A model generated the notes under the pieces. The model made no database searches. It was given only the letters and a program-made list of their open reading frames with translations, and was not told the origin of the DNA. From Phycisphaerae bacterium (GTDB taxonomy: Bacteria; Planctomycetota; Phycisphaerae; SM23-33), in contig JADHXQ010000007.1 in NCBI GenBank assembly GCA_016782885.1, positions 2,313-66,312 on the forward strand: a stretch of DNA of 64,000 nt, read 5' to 3'. The translations under genes were made by a program, and so were the position numbers. Positions 1 to 9,718 of the stretch are shown piece by piece. Each line of letters begins with the position of its first letter. The first letter of the stretch is position 1.

Positions 1-3000
1 ACGGCTAACGCGAAGCGACAGCAGGCCACTAATACGAAGAATCTGGCGGGCGAGGCGGGCGTAAAAGAGTTGAAGCAGGCCGAGGCGAACGTGCCCGCCG
101 CAATCAAGATCCTGACTGACGCGACCAACGCCAAGCCCCCCCTGGACAAGGCGCTAGCCTCCGCCAAGGCCGCCGCAATCCCGCTGCAGCAGGCTTACGA
201 TGCGGCCGAGAAGGCGGCTCGGCAAGCTAAAGCCGTGGCGAAGGCCGCCTCCGACGCGGCTGGCAAACTCGCCGCGGAAGCCAAGCTGGCCACGGCCCGG
301 GCGGTCGCCAAACGCAGAGTGGCTGATACTGCCAAGGGCGCCCTGGCCCGGGCACGGCAAGACGAGCAGAGATTGCGGAACCAGGCCAATACCGCGCCGA
401 AGAAGCTGGCCGAAGCCGAAATGCAGAAGAAAGCGGCCGACGCGGCCCTGGTCAACGCCAACAAACGGATGGCTTCTGCCACGACAGCTTACCAGACCGC
501 CGAGAAGGCCGCGTTGGCTGCGGAGGCCAACGCCAGGGTGGTTTCCAAGGCCCAGGTGCAGCAGGCCGCCGCCAACGCCGGCGCTAAGCGCAAGGCGGCC
601 GACGCGGCCAGGACCGCCTTGACCCGGGCAAAGCAAAATGAGCAGCAAGCGCAGGGGCGGGCCACCGCGACCGCCAAAAAGCTGGCCGGCGCCCCGGCGC
701 AGAAGAAAGCAGCCGACGCTGCCTTGGCCTACGCGAAGAAACAGATGGCCGCAGCCGTCACGGCTTGTCAGGCCGCCAGGCAAGCCGCGCAGAGCGCCAT
801 AGCCAAGGCGATGCAGGTCGCCGCGGATGCCGGCAAATCGGAGACGGAGAAAAAACAGGCCGCCGATGAAGCCGCTGCCTGGCGCTTAGCGGCCGACGCG
901 GCCAAGATTGCCCTGGCTCAAACGCGACAGGGCGAGAAGACGGCGCAGGCCCGGGTTACGGCGGATGCTAAAAAGCTGGACGAAGCGGCGCCGCAGAAGA
1001 AATCGGCCGACGCCGCCCTGGCCAATGCGAAGAAACAGATGACCGCAGCCGTCACGGCTTCTCAGACCGCCGAGCAGACCGCCCAACGGGCGGTGGCGGC
1101 GGCCAATGCGATGGCCAAGCTCGCCGGCAGGTCCGAGCAGCAGAAGCAGCAGGCCTCATCCGACGCCGCCGCCAAGCGCAAAGTGGCCAATGCGGCCGGG
1201 GCGGCCTTGGCACAGGCACAGGCAGCCCGGCGAAAGCCTCAGGGCCTGGCCGACGCCGCGGCGCAGAAGCTGCTCCTGGTGACGGCGCAGAAGAAACTCG
1301 CCGACGCTGCCTTGGCGGGCGCCAAGAAGCAGGCGGGTTTTGCTGCAACGGTCTGGGCGGCAACCGAGAAGACGGCGGGGGCTTTCGAGAAGGTTGCGGC
1401 GGGAAAGCAGCAGGCGGCGGTCCAAGCGGCCTCCAAACGCAAAGCGGCTGCTGATACCGCAGCCGCACTGGTCAAAGCACGGCAGGGTGAGCAACAAGCC
1501 CGTGCCAGGGCCAACGCCGCCACAAAGGCTGTGACCGCCGCGTCGGCGCAAAAGAAGCTGGCCGACGGCGCCTTGGCGAACGTCAGGGGACAGGTGACCG
1601 CCGCCGCCACGGTTTCTCAGGCCGCCGAGCAAGCTGCGCAGAGCGCCGCGGCCAAGGCGAAGCAAGTTGCGGCGGATACCGCGAAGAAACAGGCCATCGC
1701 CGATGCCGCCGCCAAGCGCAAATCGGCGGACGCGGCCAGGGCCTCCCTGGCCAAGGCGCAGCAGGGCGAGAAAGCGGCGCAGGCTCAGGCCGCAGCCGCG
1801 GCGCAGAAGCTCACCGAAGCGCAGGCGCAGAAGAAATCGGCCGATCAGGCCCTGGCCGGCGCCAAAACCCAGGTCGCAGCCGCGACCATCGCCAACCAGG
1901 CGGCCCGGGCAGCGGCCGGGGAACTCATCCAACTCGACGAGGTAAGCAGGCAGGCGGCAGCACAAGCTTCCGCCAAGCGTAAATCGGCGGACGCGGCCAG
2001 GGCGGTTCTGGCGCCAAAGCAGAAGGCGCTGGAGCAGGCGGTGATTCAGGCCAACACCGCGGCGCAGAATTTGACCAGAGCCCAATCGCGAAAGAAGTCG
2101 GCCGAAGAGCACCTGGTGAACCTGAAAAAGCGGATCGCCTCGGCCAAACAGACACACCTGGCGGACGAACAGGCAGCCGGGGCGGCCGAAGCCGTCGCCG
2201 CTCCATTGAAGGTGAAAGCGGAAAAACCGCGGGCGGCGTATGTGGACGCAAAGAAAATCGCCGACAACAAGCGCGCCCAGGCCGAGCAGGCCAAAGGCGT
2301 GCTATACCGCCTGGTCGCCGCCAGGCAGGTGGCAAGCCTTATGGAGAGTTCCGATCCGCCGAAACCGGCGAACCGGATTGATGAGATTATCTTTGCGAAG
2401 TTGAAGTCGTTGGGTATCAAACCGGTCCTTTGCTCCGACGCGGTGTTTCTCCGCCGCGCCTATTTGGACCTGACGGGCAAGCTGCCGTCGGCGAAAGACG
2501 CCAAAGCGTTTATTCAAAGTACGAACAGGAAAAAACGCGCAGCCCTGATCGACCGTCTCCTCGAGCGGTCCGCGCATGTCGATTACTGGGCCATGAAATG
2601 GAGTGATATCCTGCGAGTCAAGGCGGAGTTTCCCGTCAAGGTTTGGCCCAACGCGGCGCAAGCCTATCACCGCTGGGTGTGGAAATCGATCGCCCAAAAT
2701 AAACCGTACGACCAGTTCGCCCGGGAACTGCTGACCTCCAGCGGGAGCAATTATCGCGTCGGCCCGGTCAACTTCTACCGCGCCATCCAGAACAAGACTC
2801 CGGAGGGCATCACCTCGTCGGTGGGATTAGTGTTGATGGGCACGCGGGTCCACCGCTGGCCAAAAGACCGTCGCGCCGGTATGGCGGTGTTTTTCTCGCA
2901 GGTCGGATACAAGCCCACCAGCGAGTGGAAAGAGGAGATCGTCTTCTGGGATCCCCTCCACTCGACCAAAGTGCCCGGAAGCATAGCGCCGGGAATACCC

Positions 3001-3924
3001 GCCGTGGGCAAGTCCGTAACGGCGACCAACCGGATTCCCCGCGCGCTGGCCAAACCACTGAGCGAAAACGGGCCGCTGGCGACCGTCTTTCCGGACGGCG
3101 CCAAGACAACGATTCCGCCGAACCGCGATCCGCGGGAAGTATTTGCCGATTGGCTGATTCAGGCGAAGAACCCCTGGTTTGCGAAAGCCATCGTCAACCG
3201 TACCTGGGCCTGGGCGATGGGACGCGGTGTTATCCACGAACCGGACGATATTCGCAACGACAACCCGCCCGAAAATCCCGAACTCCTGGCCTGCCTGGAG
3301 AAGGAACTGGTCTCAAGCAAATACGATCTGAAGCATCTGAAGCGGACGATCTTCACCTCGACCGCGTACCAGTTCTCTTCGATACCGAGGTTCAAAGGGG
3401 CGAAAGCAAAAGCCAACTTCGCGTACTGCCTGTTGCGGCGCGTGGATGCCGAGGTGTTGATCGATGCGCTGAACGAAATCACCGGCAGTTCGGACCTGTA
3501 CACCAGCGCCGTCCCGGAACCGTTCACCTATATTCCCAAGGGCATGTCCGCGGTGGCGCTGGCCGACGGCAGCATCACCAGTTCCTTCCTGTCGTTGTTC
3601 GGACGTTCGGCGCGGGCCACGGGGATGGAAAACGAGCGCATCAGCGAGCTTGCCTCGCCCCAGTGGCTGCACATGCTGAATTCCGCCACAATACAGAGCA
3701 AGCTTCAAAACAGCCCGAAACTCGCGGCAATGTTTTCATCAGGCGGTAAACCGAATGAAATCGCCGAAAAACTTTACCTGACAATCCTCTCGCGGTTTCC
3801 GACGGACGCCGACGTAAAGGCCGCGGCGGCATATGCCAAGACCGGAGTGGCGAAAGGGCGCAACGCATGGGTCGATCTTGCCTGGGCCCTAATCAACAGC
3901 CCCGAGTTTCTTCTGCGGCATTGA
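1..3924 (+). CDS. DUF1549/DUF1553 (PSD1-type) domain protein with long N-terminal Ala/Lys/Gln repeat stalk; 5' end lies outside the window
   Basis: Frame is open from base 1. C-terminal motifs NRIDEIIFAKL, CSDAVFLRRAYLDLTGKLP, NPWFAKAIVNRTWAWAMGRG and DLAWALINSPEFLLRH are typical of planctomycete DUF1549/DUF1553 proteins. Confidence 0.88.
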   Translation, partial: TANAKRQQATNTKNLAGEAGVKELKQAEANVPAAIKILTDATNAKPPLDKALASAKAAAIPLQQAYDAAEKAARQAKAVAKAASDAAGKLAAEAKLATARAVAKRRVADTAKGALARARQDEQRLRNQANTAPKKLAEAEMQKKAADAALVNANKRMASATTAYQTAEKAALAAEANARVVSKAQVQQAAANAGAKRKAADAARTALTRAKQNEQQAQGRATATAKKLAGAPAQKKAADAALAYAKKQMAAAVTACQAARQAAQSAIAKAMQVAADAGKSETEKKQAADEAAAWRLAADAAKIALAQTRQGEKTAQARVTADAKKLDEAAPQKKSADAALANAKKQMTAAVTASQTAEQTAQRAVAAANAMAKLAGRSEQQKQQASSDAAAKRKVANAAGAALAQAQAARRKPQGLADAAAQKLLLVTAQKKLADAALAGAKKQAGFAATVWAATEKTAGAFEKVAAGKQQAAVQAASKRKAAADTAAALVKARQGEQQARARANAATKAVTAASAQKKLADGALANVRGQVTAAATVSQAAEQAAQSAAAKAKQVAADTAKKQAIADAAAKRKSADAARASLAKAQQGEKAAQAQAAAAAQKLTEAQAQKKSADQALAGAKTQVAAATIANQAARAAAGELIQLDEVSRQAAAQASAKRKSADAARAVLAPKQKALEQAVIQANTAAQNLTRAQSRKKSAEEHLVNLKKRIASAKQTHLADEQAAGAAEAVAAPLKVKAEKPRAAYVDAKKIADNKRAQAEQAKGVLYRLVAARQVASLMESSDPPKPANRIDEIIFAKLKSLGIKPVLCSDAVFLRRAYLDLTGKLPSAKDAKAFIQSTNRKKRAALIDRLLERSAHVDYWAMKWSDILRVKAEFPVKVWPNAAQAYHRWVWKSIAQNKPYDQFARELLTSSGSNYRVGPVNFYRAIQNKTPEGITSSVGLVLMGTRVHRWPKDRRAGMAVFFSQVGYKPTSEWKEEIVFWDPLHSTKVPGSIAPGIPAVGKSVTATNRIPRALAKPLSENGPLATVFPDGAKTTIPPNRDPREVFADWLIQAKNPWFAKAIVNRTWAWAMGRGVIHEPDDIRNDNPPENPELLACLEKELVSSKYDLKHLKRTIFTSTAYQFSSIPRFKGAKAKANFAYCLLRRVDAEVLIDALNEITGSSDLYTSAVPEPFTYIPKGMSAVALADGSITSSFLSLFGRSARATGMENERISELASPQWLHMLNSATIQSKLQNSPKLAAMFSSGGKPNEIAEKLYLTILSRFPTDADVKAAAAYAKTGVAKGRNAWVDLAWALINSPEFLLRH
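424..2115 (+). repeat. Seven degenerate 87-98 aa coding repeats anchored on QKKxADAAL
   Basis: Anchor codons at 424, 700, 994, 1288, 1549, 1828 and 2089; spacings 276, 294, 294, 261, 279, 261 nt. Confidence 0.85.
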
Positions 3925-4009
3925 TTGTGACCGAAACGGTGAAACATGACACGAAACGGCCGGTTTCCTGACGCGACAATCAAAGAAAAGTCAAAGGACG
4001 GATGAAATC

Positions 4010-5470
4010 ATGAATACAAACAACAATTCAGACAACCAGGAACATGTGTCCCGGCGCGAGGCCATGCGACGCGGCGCTTTGGGCGCGGCGGGCGTTATCG
4101 CGACCAGCGGTTTGAGTTCCCGCGTCTTTGCAGCCGAGGCAAAGAAGACGCCCAAGCAAATAGCCGCCGAACTTAAAGCCGCCAAACTGAAATCTGCCGA
4201 ACTGAAAGCCGCCGAGCTGAAAACCGCGCGAGACAAGTCTGCCAAAGCCAAGGCCAAAAACAAGGGCAAGATCAAGTCGGTCATCCAGATTTTCTTGTGG
4301 GGCGGCATGTCGCACAACGATGCCTGGGACCCCAAGCCGGGTACGGGCTACGACTACCTGGGTAAGTTTGACAAATTCATCCCCACCAACGTAAAGGGGA
4401 TCCAACTCGGCTCGCTGTTCCCCCAACTGGCCAAGCAGGCCGACAAGTATTCCTTGATCCGCAGCATGACCCATGGCATCAATGGACACGAGACGGCGGC
4501 CTACCTGATGCAAACCGGACACAAGCCCGGCGGGCGGTTGGCGTACCCCAGTGTGGGCGCGATATTCACCTACTTCAAGAAGAAGCAATACAAAGGGCTG
4601 CTTCCGCCTTACGTCGTGATGCTGCGGGCGGCAGGGCGGTTTTCCGAAGAGGGCTTCCTGGGTCCCGGGTACAAACCTTTCGCCACGGGCGGCGATCCGA
4701 ACGCGGACCGCTTCGAGGTGCAGGGGATAGTCAACCGGGGAATCAACGACGCGCGGCAAAAGGCCCGCCGTGAATTGCTCGACAAGATGAATACCATGGG
4801 CTACGGGCTTGCGAACGTCCCGGAAATCGCCGCCGCCGAAACGGCCAAGAAGAAAGCCTACGGGTTGATCCTGGGCAAGGGGAAGGAAGTATTCGATCTC
4901 AATAACGAACCCAAGGTGCTCAGGGACCGCTACGGCAGGAACACGTTCGGGCAGGAATGCCTGGCGGCGCGGCGGATGGTCGAGGCGGGTGTGCCCTACA
5001 TCACCATCAGCTTCCCCGGCGGTTGGGATACGCACGCCAACCACTTCCCGACGATGCTGCGACAGTGTCCCCCGCTGGACCAGGGGCTGGCGACGCTGCT
5101 TGCTGATCTGAGCGACAGGGGCCTGCTGGACAGCACCCTGGTCTGGTGTACCGGCGAGTTCGGCAGGACGCCGAAGGTGTCCTGGGAACCGCCCTGGAAC
5201 GGCGGTCGCCATCACCATGGCGCCGTCTTCACCGTGCTGGTCGCCGGCGGCGGTTTCAAGGGCGGACGAGTCGTCGGCTCGTCCGACGAAAAAGGCGAGA
5301 AGTTCAAGGAAAGACCCGTATATCCGGCGGACCTGCTGGGCAGCTTCTACCTGTTGGCCGGTATCGACGCGGCCGCCAGGCTGCCCCATCCCCTGGGGTT
5401 CGATGCCCGCGTCCTGGACGCCGAAAAGGAAGGCATGAAGTCGACCGGGCTTCTGGAAGAGATCATGTAG
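4010..5470 (+). CDS. DUF1501 family protein, Tat-exported
   Basis: SRREAM twin-arginine; KSVIQIFLWGGMSHNDAWDPKP, RYGRNTFGQECLAARRMVEAGV, GWDTH, GEFGRTP motifs. Confidence 0.9.
   Translation: MNTNNNSDNQEHVSRREAMRRGALGAAGVIATSGLSSRVFAAEAKKTPKQIAAELKAAKLKSAELKAAELKTARDKSAKAKAKNKGKIKSVIQIFLWGGMSHNDAWDPKPGTGYDYLGKFDKFIPTNVKGIQLGSLFPQLAKQADKYSLIRSMTHGINGHETAAYLMQTGHKPGGRLAYPSVGAIFTYFKKKQYKGLLPPYVVMLRAAGRFSEEGFLGPGYKPFATGGDPNADRFEVQGIVNRGINDARQKARRELLDKMNTMGYGLANVPEIAAAETAKKKAYGLILGKGKEVFDLNNEPKVLRDRYGRNTFGQECLAARRMVEAGVPYITISFPGGWDTHANHFPTMLRQCPPLDQGLATLLADLSDRGLLDSTLVWCTGEFGRTPKVSWEPPWNGGRHHHGAVFTVLVAGGGFKGGRVVGSSDEKGEKFKERPVYPADLLGSFYLLAGIDAAARLPHPLGFDARVLDAEKEGMKSTGLLEEIM
4163..4222 (+). repeat. 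4 x 15-bp coding tandem repeat (AAELK) in the post-signal linker
   Basis: gccgccgaacttaaa / gccgccaaactgaaa / tctgccgaactgaaa / gccgccgagctgaaa. Confidence 0.85.
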
Positions 5471-5498
5471 CCCTGATGGCGAAAGATGGAGCAGCTCA

Positions 5499-7793
5499 AT
5501 GAGTAGATTCAATAGGCTTTCGATCCTGGTGCCGGCGGTGCTTGCGGTCTCAGCATTACCGCTCCGGGCGCAGAACCAGTACATCGGTTACGTCTATCCC
5601 GCCGGCGGTCAGCGGGGCGCCACCTTCCCGATCCGGTTGGGTGGACAAGGGCTCGTCTATGCTTCCGATGTGGTTGTGAGCGGCGAGGGGGTTTCTGTTC
5701 GGCTGGTCGATTACTACCGGGTCATGAGCAACCAGGAGATGTCGTTGCTCAGACAGCAACTCAACGAGTTGAGGAAGAAAGGATCGACGCTGAGCGACGC
5801 GATGACCGCCAGGATGGCCTGGTTCGAGTTTCCCGCGAGTGTTGAACCACCCGAGGTCCGAGGCCTGATATGCCCGTCATGCGGTAGTCTCAACCCGCTT
5901 GAAGCCGCCGTCTGCAGCAATTGCAATGCGGCGCTGAAGAAACCCAAAGCCCCGAAACCGGACAAAACGGGCGTGAAGAACGGACCTCCAAAGTCCGAGC
6001 AAGAGGTGGCAAAGCAGAACCTGATCGAACGGATCCAAAGGAGGTTCGCCGAAGACGAGCGTAACGCGGCCGTTCGCGCCCACAGGGAGCTCGTCTTTGC
6101 CGAGGTGACGGTGGCCCCCGACGCGAAACCCGGTCGGCGGGAGATCAGGGTGATCACCAAACGGGGTATCTCCAACGCCCTGTCCTTTTACGTGGGCCAG
6201 GTGCCCGAAGTCGCCCGCAAGCCGATGAAGACCGCCCGGAAACCAGTGCTCGGAAAGGAGCATCTGGCCCAGCGCAAGAGACCGCCGGAAGAAGAGACAA
6301 TGCGCATCACAGTACCATGCACGATGAACGGTCAGATCGCCGCGGGCGAGGTGAACCGGTATCGCTTTCCGGCGAGCAAGGGGCAGCGCCTGCTTATCTG
6401 CGCCAAAGCCCGGCAGTTGGTCCCCTACGTCGCCGACGGCGTTCCCGGTTGGTTTCAAGCCGTGCTGAGGCTCCACGACGCCAACGGAAAGGAGCTGGCG
6501 TACAACGACGATTTCCGTTTTCACCCCGACCCGGTACTCTATTTCGAGGTCCCCGCCAACGGCGACTACGTGCTCACCATCAACGAGGCGATCTTTCGCG
6601 GGCGCGAGAGTTTTGTGTATCGGATCACCATCGGTGAACTACCGTTTGTGACCGGTATCTTCCCGTTGGGCGGGCGTGTGGGCCAACCGGTCAAGATCGA
6701 GGCCTGCGGATGGAATCTGGAAAAGGCTGCGCTGGCGCCGCCCCCAAAAGACGCAAAACCGGGGCGATATCTGATTGCTGCGGCCGACGGGAAACTCGTC
6801 TCCAACTACGTGCCCTTCGCCCTGGACACGCTGGGCGAGTGCCTGGACAAGGAACCCAACGACTCGCCGTCCAAGGCGCAAAAGGTAAATCTTCCCATCA
6901 TCGTCAACGGGCGGGCGGATCGCCCGGGTGATTGGGACGTCTTCGAGGTGGAAGGAAAAGCCGGCCAGACAATCGTCGCCCAAGTGCATGCTCGCCGGCT
7001 CGGATCCCCGTTCGATTCCTTCGTCAAAGTCACCGGCGCGGATGGCAAAATCATCGCGCTGAACGACGATCATTACGACGCGGGGTCGGGGTTGAACACC
7101 GACCACGCCGATTCTTACCTCATGGTGAAGCTGCCCGCCGACGGAAAATATTTCATTCACCTCGGCGAAACGAGGCGGCACGCGGGAAAGGCGTATGCCT
7201 ACCGGCTCCGGATAAGCCGCCCGCGCCCGGATTTCGCGCTGCGTCTCGTCCCTTCCAGGATCATCATGCGCAGCAAGTTGTCGGCGGCAGTGACCGTCTA
7301 CGCCATACGCAAGGACGGATTCGACGGGCCGATCAAGCTGAGCTTCAAAAACCTGCCGAAGGGGCTCGAATCGTCCGGCGTCACGCTGGGAGCCAAGAAA
7401 GAGGTGACGAGGCTGACGGTGAAAACCAGCCTTGCGAAGATGGACAAGCCGGTCAACCTTACCGTCGTGGGCAGTGCGAAGATTGGGAACCGCCAGCTCG
7501 TCCATGAGGCCGTGCCGACCGAAGACAGAATGCAGGCCTTCCTGTGGCGCCATCTGCTGCCCGCCGAAGAACTGCCGGTCCTGGTATACAATCCATCCTA
7601 CCGGCCGCCAGCCGATCGCATACGCCCGCCGATCCGCGATGAGGACAGGCCCAAGGGCGTGACGCGCAACTTGCGAAAAAGCTCGGTGGACTGGTATTTG
7701 AGACAGATCGAAAGCCTCTATCAACAGTGGTTCCTGACAGACAAGTTCGCCAACCGCCAGATCGCGAGCATAGAAGCCCGTCTGATTAGATAA
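5499..7793 (+). CDS. Secreted PPC (pre-peptidase C-terminal) repeat protein with zinc-ribbon insert
   Basis: Signal peptide; YVYPAGGQRG start; EPND, DANGKELAYNDD, ARRLGSPFDS and YRLRISRPRPDFAL motifs of the usual DUF1501/DUF1553 partner; CPSC..CSNC insert. Confidence 0.8.
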   Translation: MSRFNRLSILVPAVLAVSALPLRAQNQYIGYVYPAGGQRGATFPIRLGGQGLVYASDVVVSGEGVSVRLVDYYRVMSNQEMSLLRQQLNELRKKGSTLSDAMTARMAWFEFPASVEPPEVRGLICPSCGSLNPLEAAVCSNCNAALKKPKAPKPDKTGVKNGPPKSEQEVAKQNLIERIQRRFAEDERNAAVRAHRELVFAEVTVAPDAKPGRREIRVITKRGISNALSFYVGQVPEVARKPMKTARKPVLGKEHLAQRKRPPEEETMRITVPCTMNGQIAAGEVNRYRFPASKGQRLLICAKARQLVPYVADGVPGWFQAVLRLHDANGKELAYNDDFRFHPDPVLYFEVPANGDYVLTINEAIFRGRESFVYRITIGELPFVTGIFPLGGRVGQPVKIEACGWNLEKAALAPPPKDAKPGRYLIAAADGKLVSNYVPFALDTLGECLDKEPNDSPSKAQKVNLPIIVNGRADRPGDWDVFEVEGKAGQTIVAQVHARRLGSPFDSFVKVTGADGKIIALNDDHYDAGSGLNTDHADSYLMVKLPADGKYFIHLGETRRHAGKAYAYRLRISRPRPDFALRLVPSRIIMRSKLSAAVTVYAIRKDGFDGPIKLSFKNLPKGLESSGVTLGAKKEVTRLTVKTSLAKMDKPVNLTVVGSAKIGNRQLVHEAVPTEDRMQAFLWRHLLPAEELPVLVYNPSYRPPADRIRPPIRDEDRPKGVTRNLRKSSVDWYLRQIESLYQQWFLTDKFANRQIASIEARLIR

Positions 7794-7896
7794 TAACCTG
7801 TGTGCCGGACCAGGGAATTTTACCCCCGCGCATTTACCAGACACGCAAGCGCTTTCACTCCAGGGCATCTTCGCCGCCAGGTCATCGAGCAGGAAC

Positions 7897-9474
7897 TTAC
7901 CGCTTCCTGCGATACCGCGAGGGGTCTATCGCCAGGGCCTTTGCCTTGTACCGCAGGATTCGCGGCGTGACGCTCAGGTCTCGCGCCGATGCAGCCATGT
8001 TACCATAAGTCCGCTTCAGTGCATCAACTATGATGTCCCGCTCGAACAGGTCCACCCGATCCTGCATTGAACCAGTACCGCCGGTGCCCGAGGCGTCGGC
8101 TGTCTGCAGCGTCGGAGGCAGGTGGTGACCGTGGATCACGCCCTCGTTGCTGAGCAGCACGGCCCGCTCGATGCAATTCTCCAACTCACGCACGTTACCG
8201 GGCCAGTGGTAGGCGACCATCATGTTGATCGCGGGCGTGGAGATGCGACGAACCTGCTTGCCCATACTCCTGGAATACGCCTCGACAAAGTAGTCCGCCA
8301 GCAGCAGAATATCATCCTTTCGCTCCCTCAGCGGCGGAAGGAAGATAGGGAAGACATTGATGCGATAGTAAACGTCCTGGCGGAACTGCTCGGACTCAAC
8401 CAGCTTTTCGATATCCCGGTTCGTCGCACATACGATGCGCACGTTGGCCTTGCGCGTCTCGTTGCTGCCGACCCGTTCAAACTCCCGCTCCTGGAGCACT
8501 CGAAGCAGTTTGACCTGAACGGCCGGTGAGAAATCTCCGATCTCGTCGAGAAACAATGTGCCCCCCTCTGACTCCTCGATTCGCCCTTTCCGAGTCTGGA
8601 TAGCGCCGGTGAACGCCCCCTTCTCGTGACCGAAAAGTTCGCTTTCGAGCAGATTCTCGCTCAACGCCGCGCAGTTGACCTTCATGAACGGTCCTTTCGC
8701 ACGGAGGCTGGAATAGTGCAGCGCGTGTGCCACCAGTTCCTTGCCCGTTCCCGATTCGCCCCGAATCAGCACGGTGGTATCGCCTGAGGCCACCTGGTGA
8801 ATCGCGTTGTACACCTCGCGCATCACCCCGGAATTTCCGATGATATTCTCCGGTCGGAAGCGATCTTCCAGTTCGTGCTGCAGGCGGATATTCTCATCTT
8901 CGAGGGCCTGTCTTGCAGCCGCTGAATCCCGCCGCGACTTGACGTTGCCCGCAATGGCGCTGGCGACGATGCTCAGCACGCGGACATCCTCGTCGAGGTT
9001 CGCCGACTTATCGTACGGTCGGTCCGCCGACAGCGTACCAACGGCCTCATTAGCAATCGAGATCGGCACGCAGATGAAGCTCATCTCCTCGTCGCCGGCC
9101 TTCCTTCGCCGCCGCAGGCGATTGAGGAACATCGGTTCCCGCGAAATTCTCGGGACAACCGCGGGCTGGTTGCTCTGGAGTACCCGACCGACGATGCCCT
9201 CCCCGCGACGATACCGCACCGCCCGACCCCGCGAGCGGCTGACGTTGTGGGCCAGGTCAAACACCAACTCCGTCCCATCAGGCGAAAGCAGCATGATCGT
9301 CCCGCGCTTCATGTTCAAGTCTCGATCGAGAATGTCCAGCACTTCTTCGAGCATCTGCCGCTGGCTCATGTCTGACACCAGGACCCGACTGGTGCTGTAC
9401 AACGCCTCGAGTTCCACCGCGTGCCTGCTGCCGGGGTGGTCTGAAACACCGTTATCGCCACTTTCTATCGTCAT
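7897..9474 (-). CDS. Sigma54-dependent transcriptional activator, NifA/AnfA/VnfA family (GAF-AAA+-HTH)
   Basis: GAF region ([18 protein letters not shown]), Walker [43 protein letters not shown]-terminal HTH. Start placed at ATG 9474 (MTIESG) behind a GGAAGG RBS. Confidence 0.92.
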   Translation of the reverse strand: MTIESGDNGVSDHPGSRHAVELEALYSTSRVLVSDMSQRQMLEEVLDILDRDLNMKRGTIMLLSPDGTELVFDLAHNVSRSRGRAVRYRRGEGIVGRVLQSNQPAVVPRISREPMFLNRLRRRRKAGDEEMSFICVPISIANEAVGTLSADRPYDKSANLDEDVRVLSIVASAIAGNVKSRRDSAAARQALEDENIRLQHELEDRFRPENIIGNSGVMREVYNAIHQVASGDTTVLIRGESGTGKELVAHALHYSSLRAKGPFMKVNCAALSENLLESELFGHEKGAFTGAIQTRKGRIEESEGGTLFLDEIGDFSPAVQVKLLRVLQEREFERVGSNETRKANVRIVCATNRDIEKLVESEQFRQDVYYRINVFPIFLPPLRERKDDILLLADYFVEAYSRSMGKQVRRISTPAINMMVAYHWPGNVRELENCIERAVLLSNEGVIHGHHLPPTLQTADASGTGGTGSMQDRVDLFERDIIVDALKRTYGNMAASARDLSVTPRILRYKAKALAIDPSRYRRKR

Positions 9475-9517
9475 TGCACCTGAACCTTCCCAGAGTGTAT
9501 TCCAATGTCCCACATAC

Positions 9518-9559
9518 AACATTATTGTATCCATCTTAGCCATATAAGACAATCTTGTA
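9518..9559. promoter_or_regulatory. Paired upstream activator boxes (ACA-N4-TGT x2, 30 bp apart) for the amtB promoter
   Basis: AACATTATTGTA (9518-9529) and GACAATCTTGTA (9548-9559); the same layout recurs upstream of gltB. Confidence 0.72.
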
Positions 9560-9636
9560 TCTTTTCTTTTCCTTTGCCTGCTCGTTTGCTTCTCGTAAAA
9601 CCCTTGCCACCAACCTGTTATAGCACATGATTCTTT

Positions 9637-9653
9637 TTGGCACGGTTTATGCT
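9637..9653 (+). promoter_or_regulatory. Sigma54 (-24/-12) promoter of amtB-glnK-porin
   Basis: TTGGCACGGTTTATGCT, GG-N10-GC, 65 nt before the amtB ATG; IHF-like CAACCTGTTA at 9611-9620. Confidence 0.88.
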
Positions 9654-9718
9654 TTGTTGTCTCTTGTCGACCGAGATTGGCTTGGCTTGATACTAGCGAC
9701 CTAAATGGAGTCTGAACA

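Noticed and set aside
4028..5584. Long antisense ORFs (also 20736-22256, 29155-30630, 38879-41098, 48059-49414)
   Set aside because: Shadow frames of high-GC3 genes on the opposite strand, with no motifs of their own.
7897..9474. Calling the locus nitrogen fixation (nifA)
   Set aside because: No nif, vnf or anf structural genes in the window.
9504..9523. Canonical NifA site AATGT-N10-ACATT upstream of amtB
   Set aside because: Real match, but the gltB promoter has only TGT-N9-ACA. The paired ACA-N4-TGT boxes explain both promoters with identical spacing, so this is kept only as an alternative.
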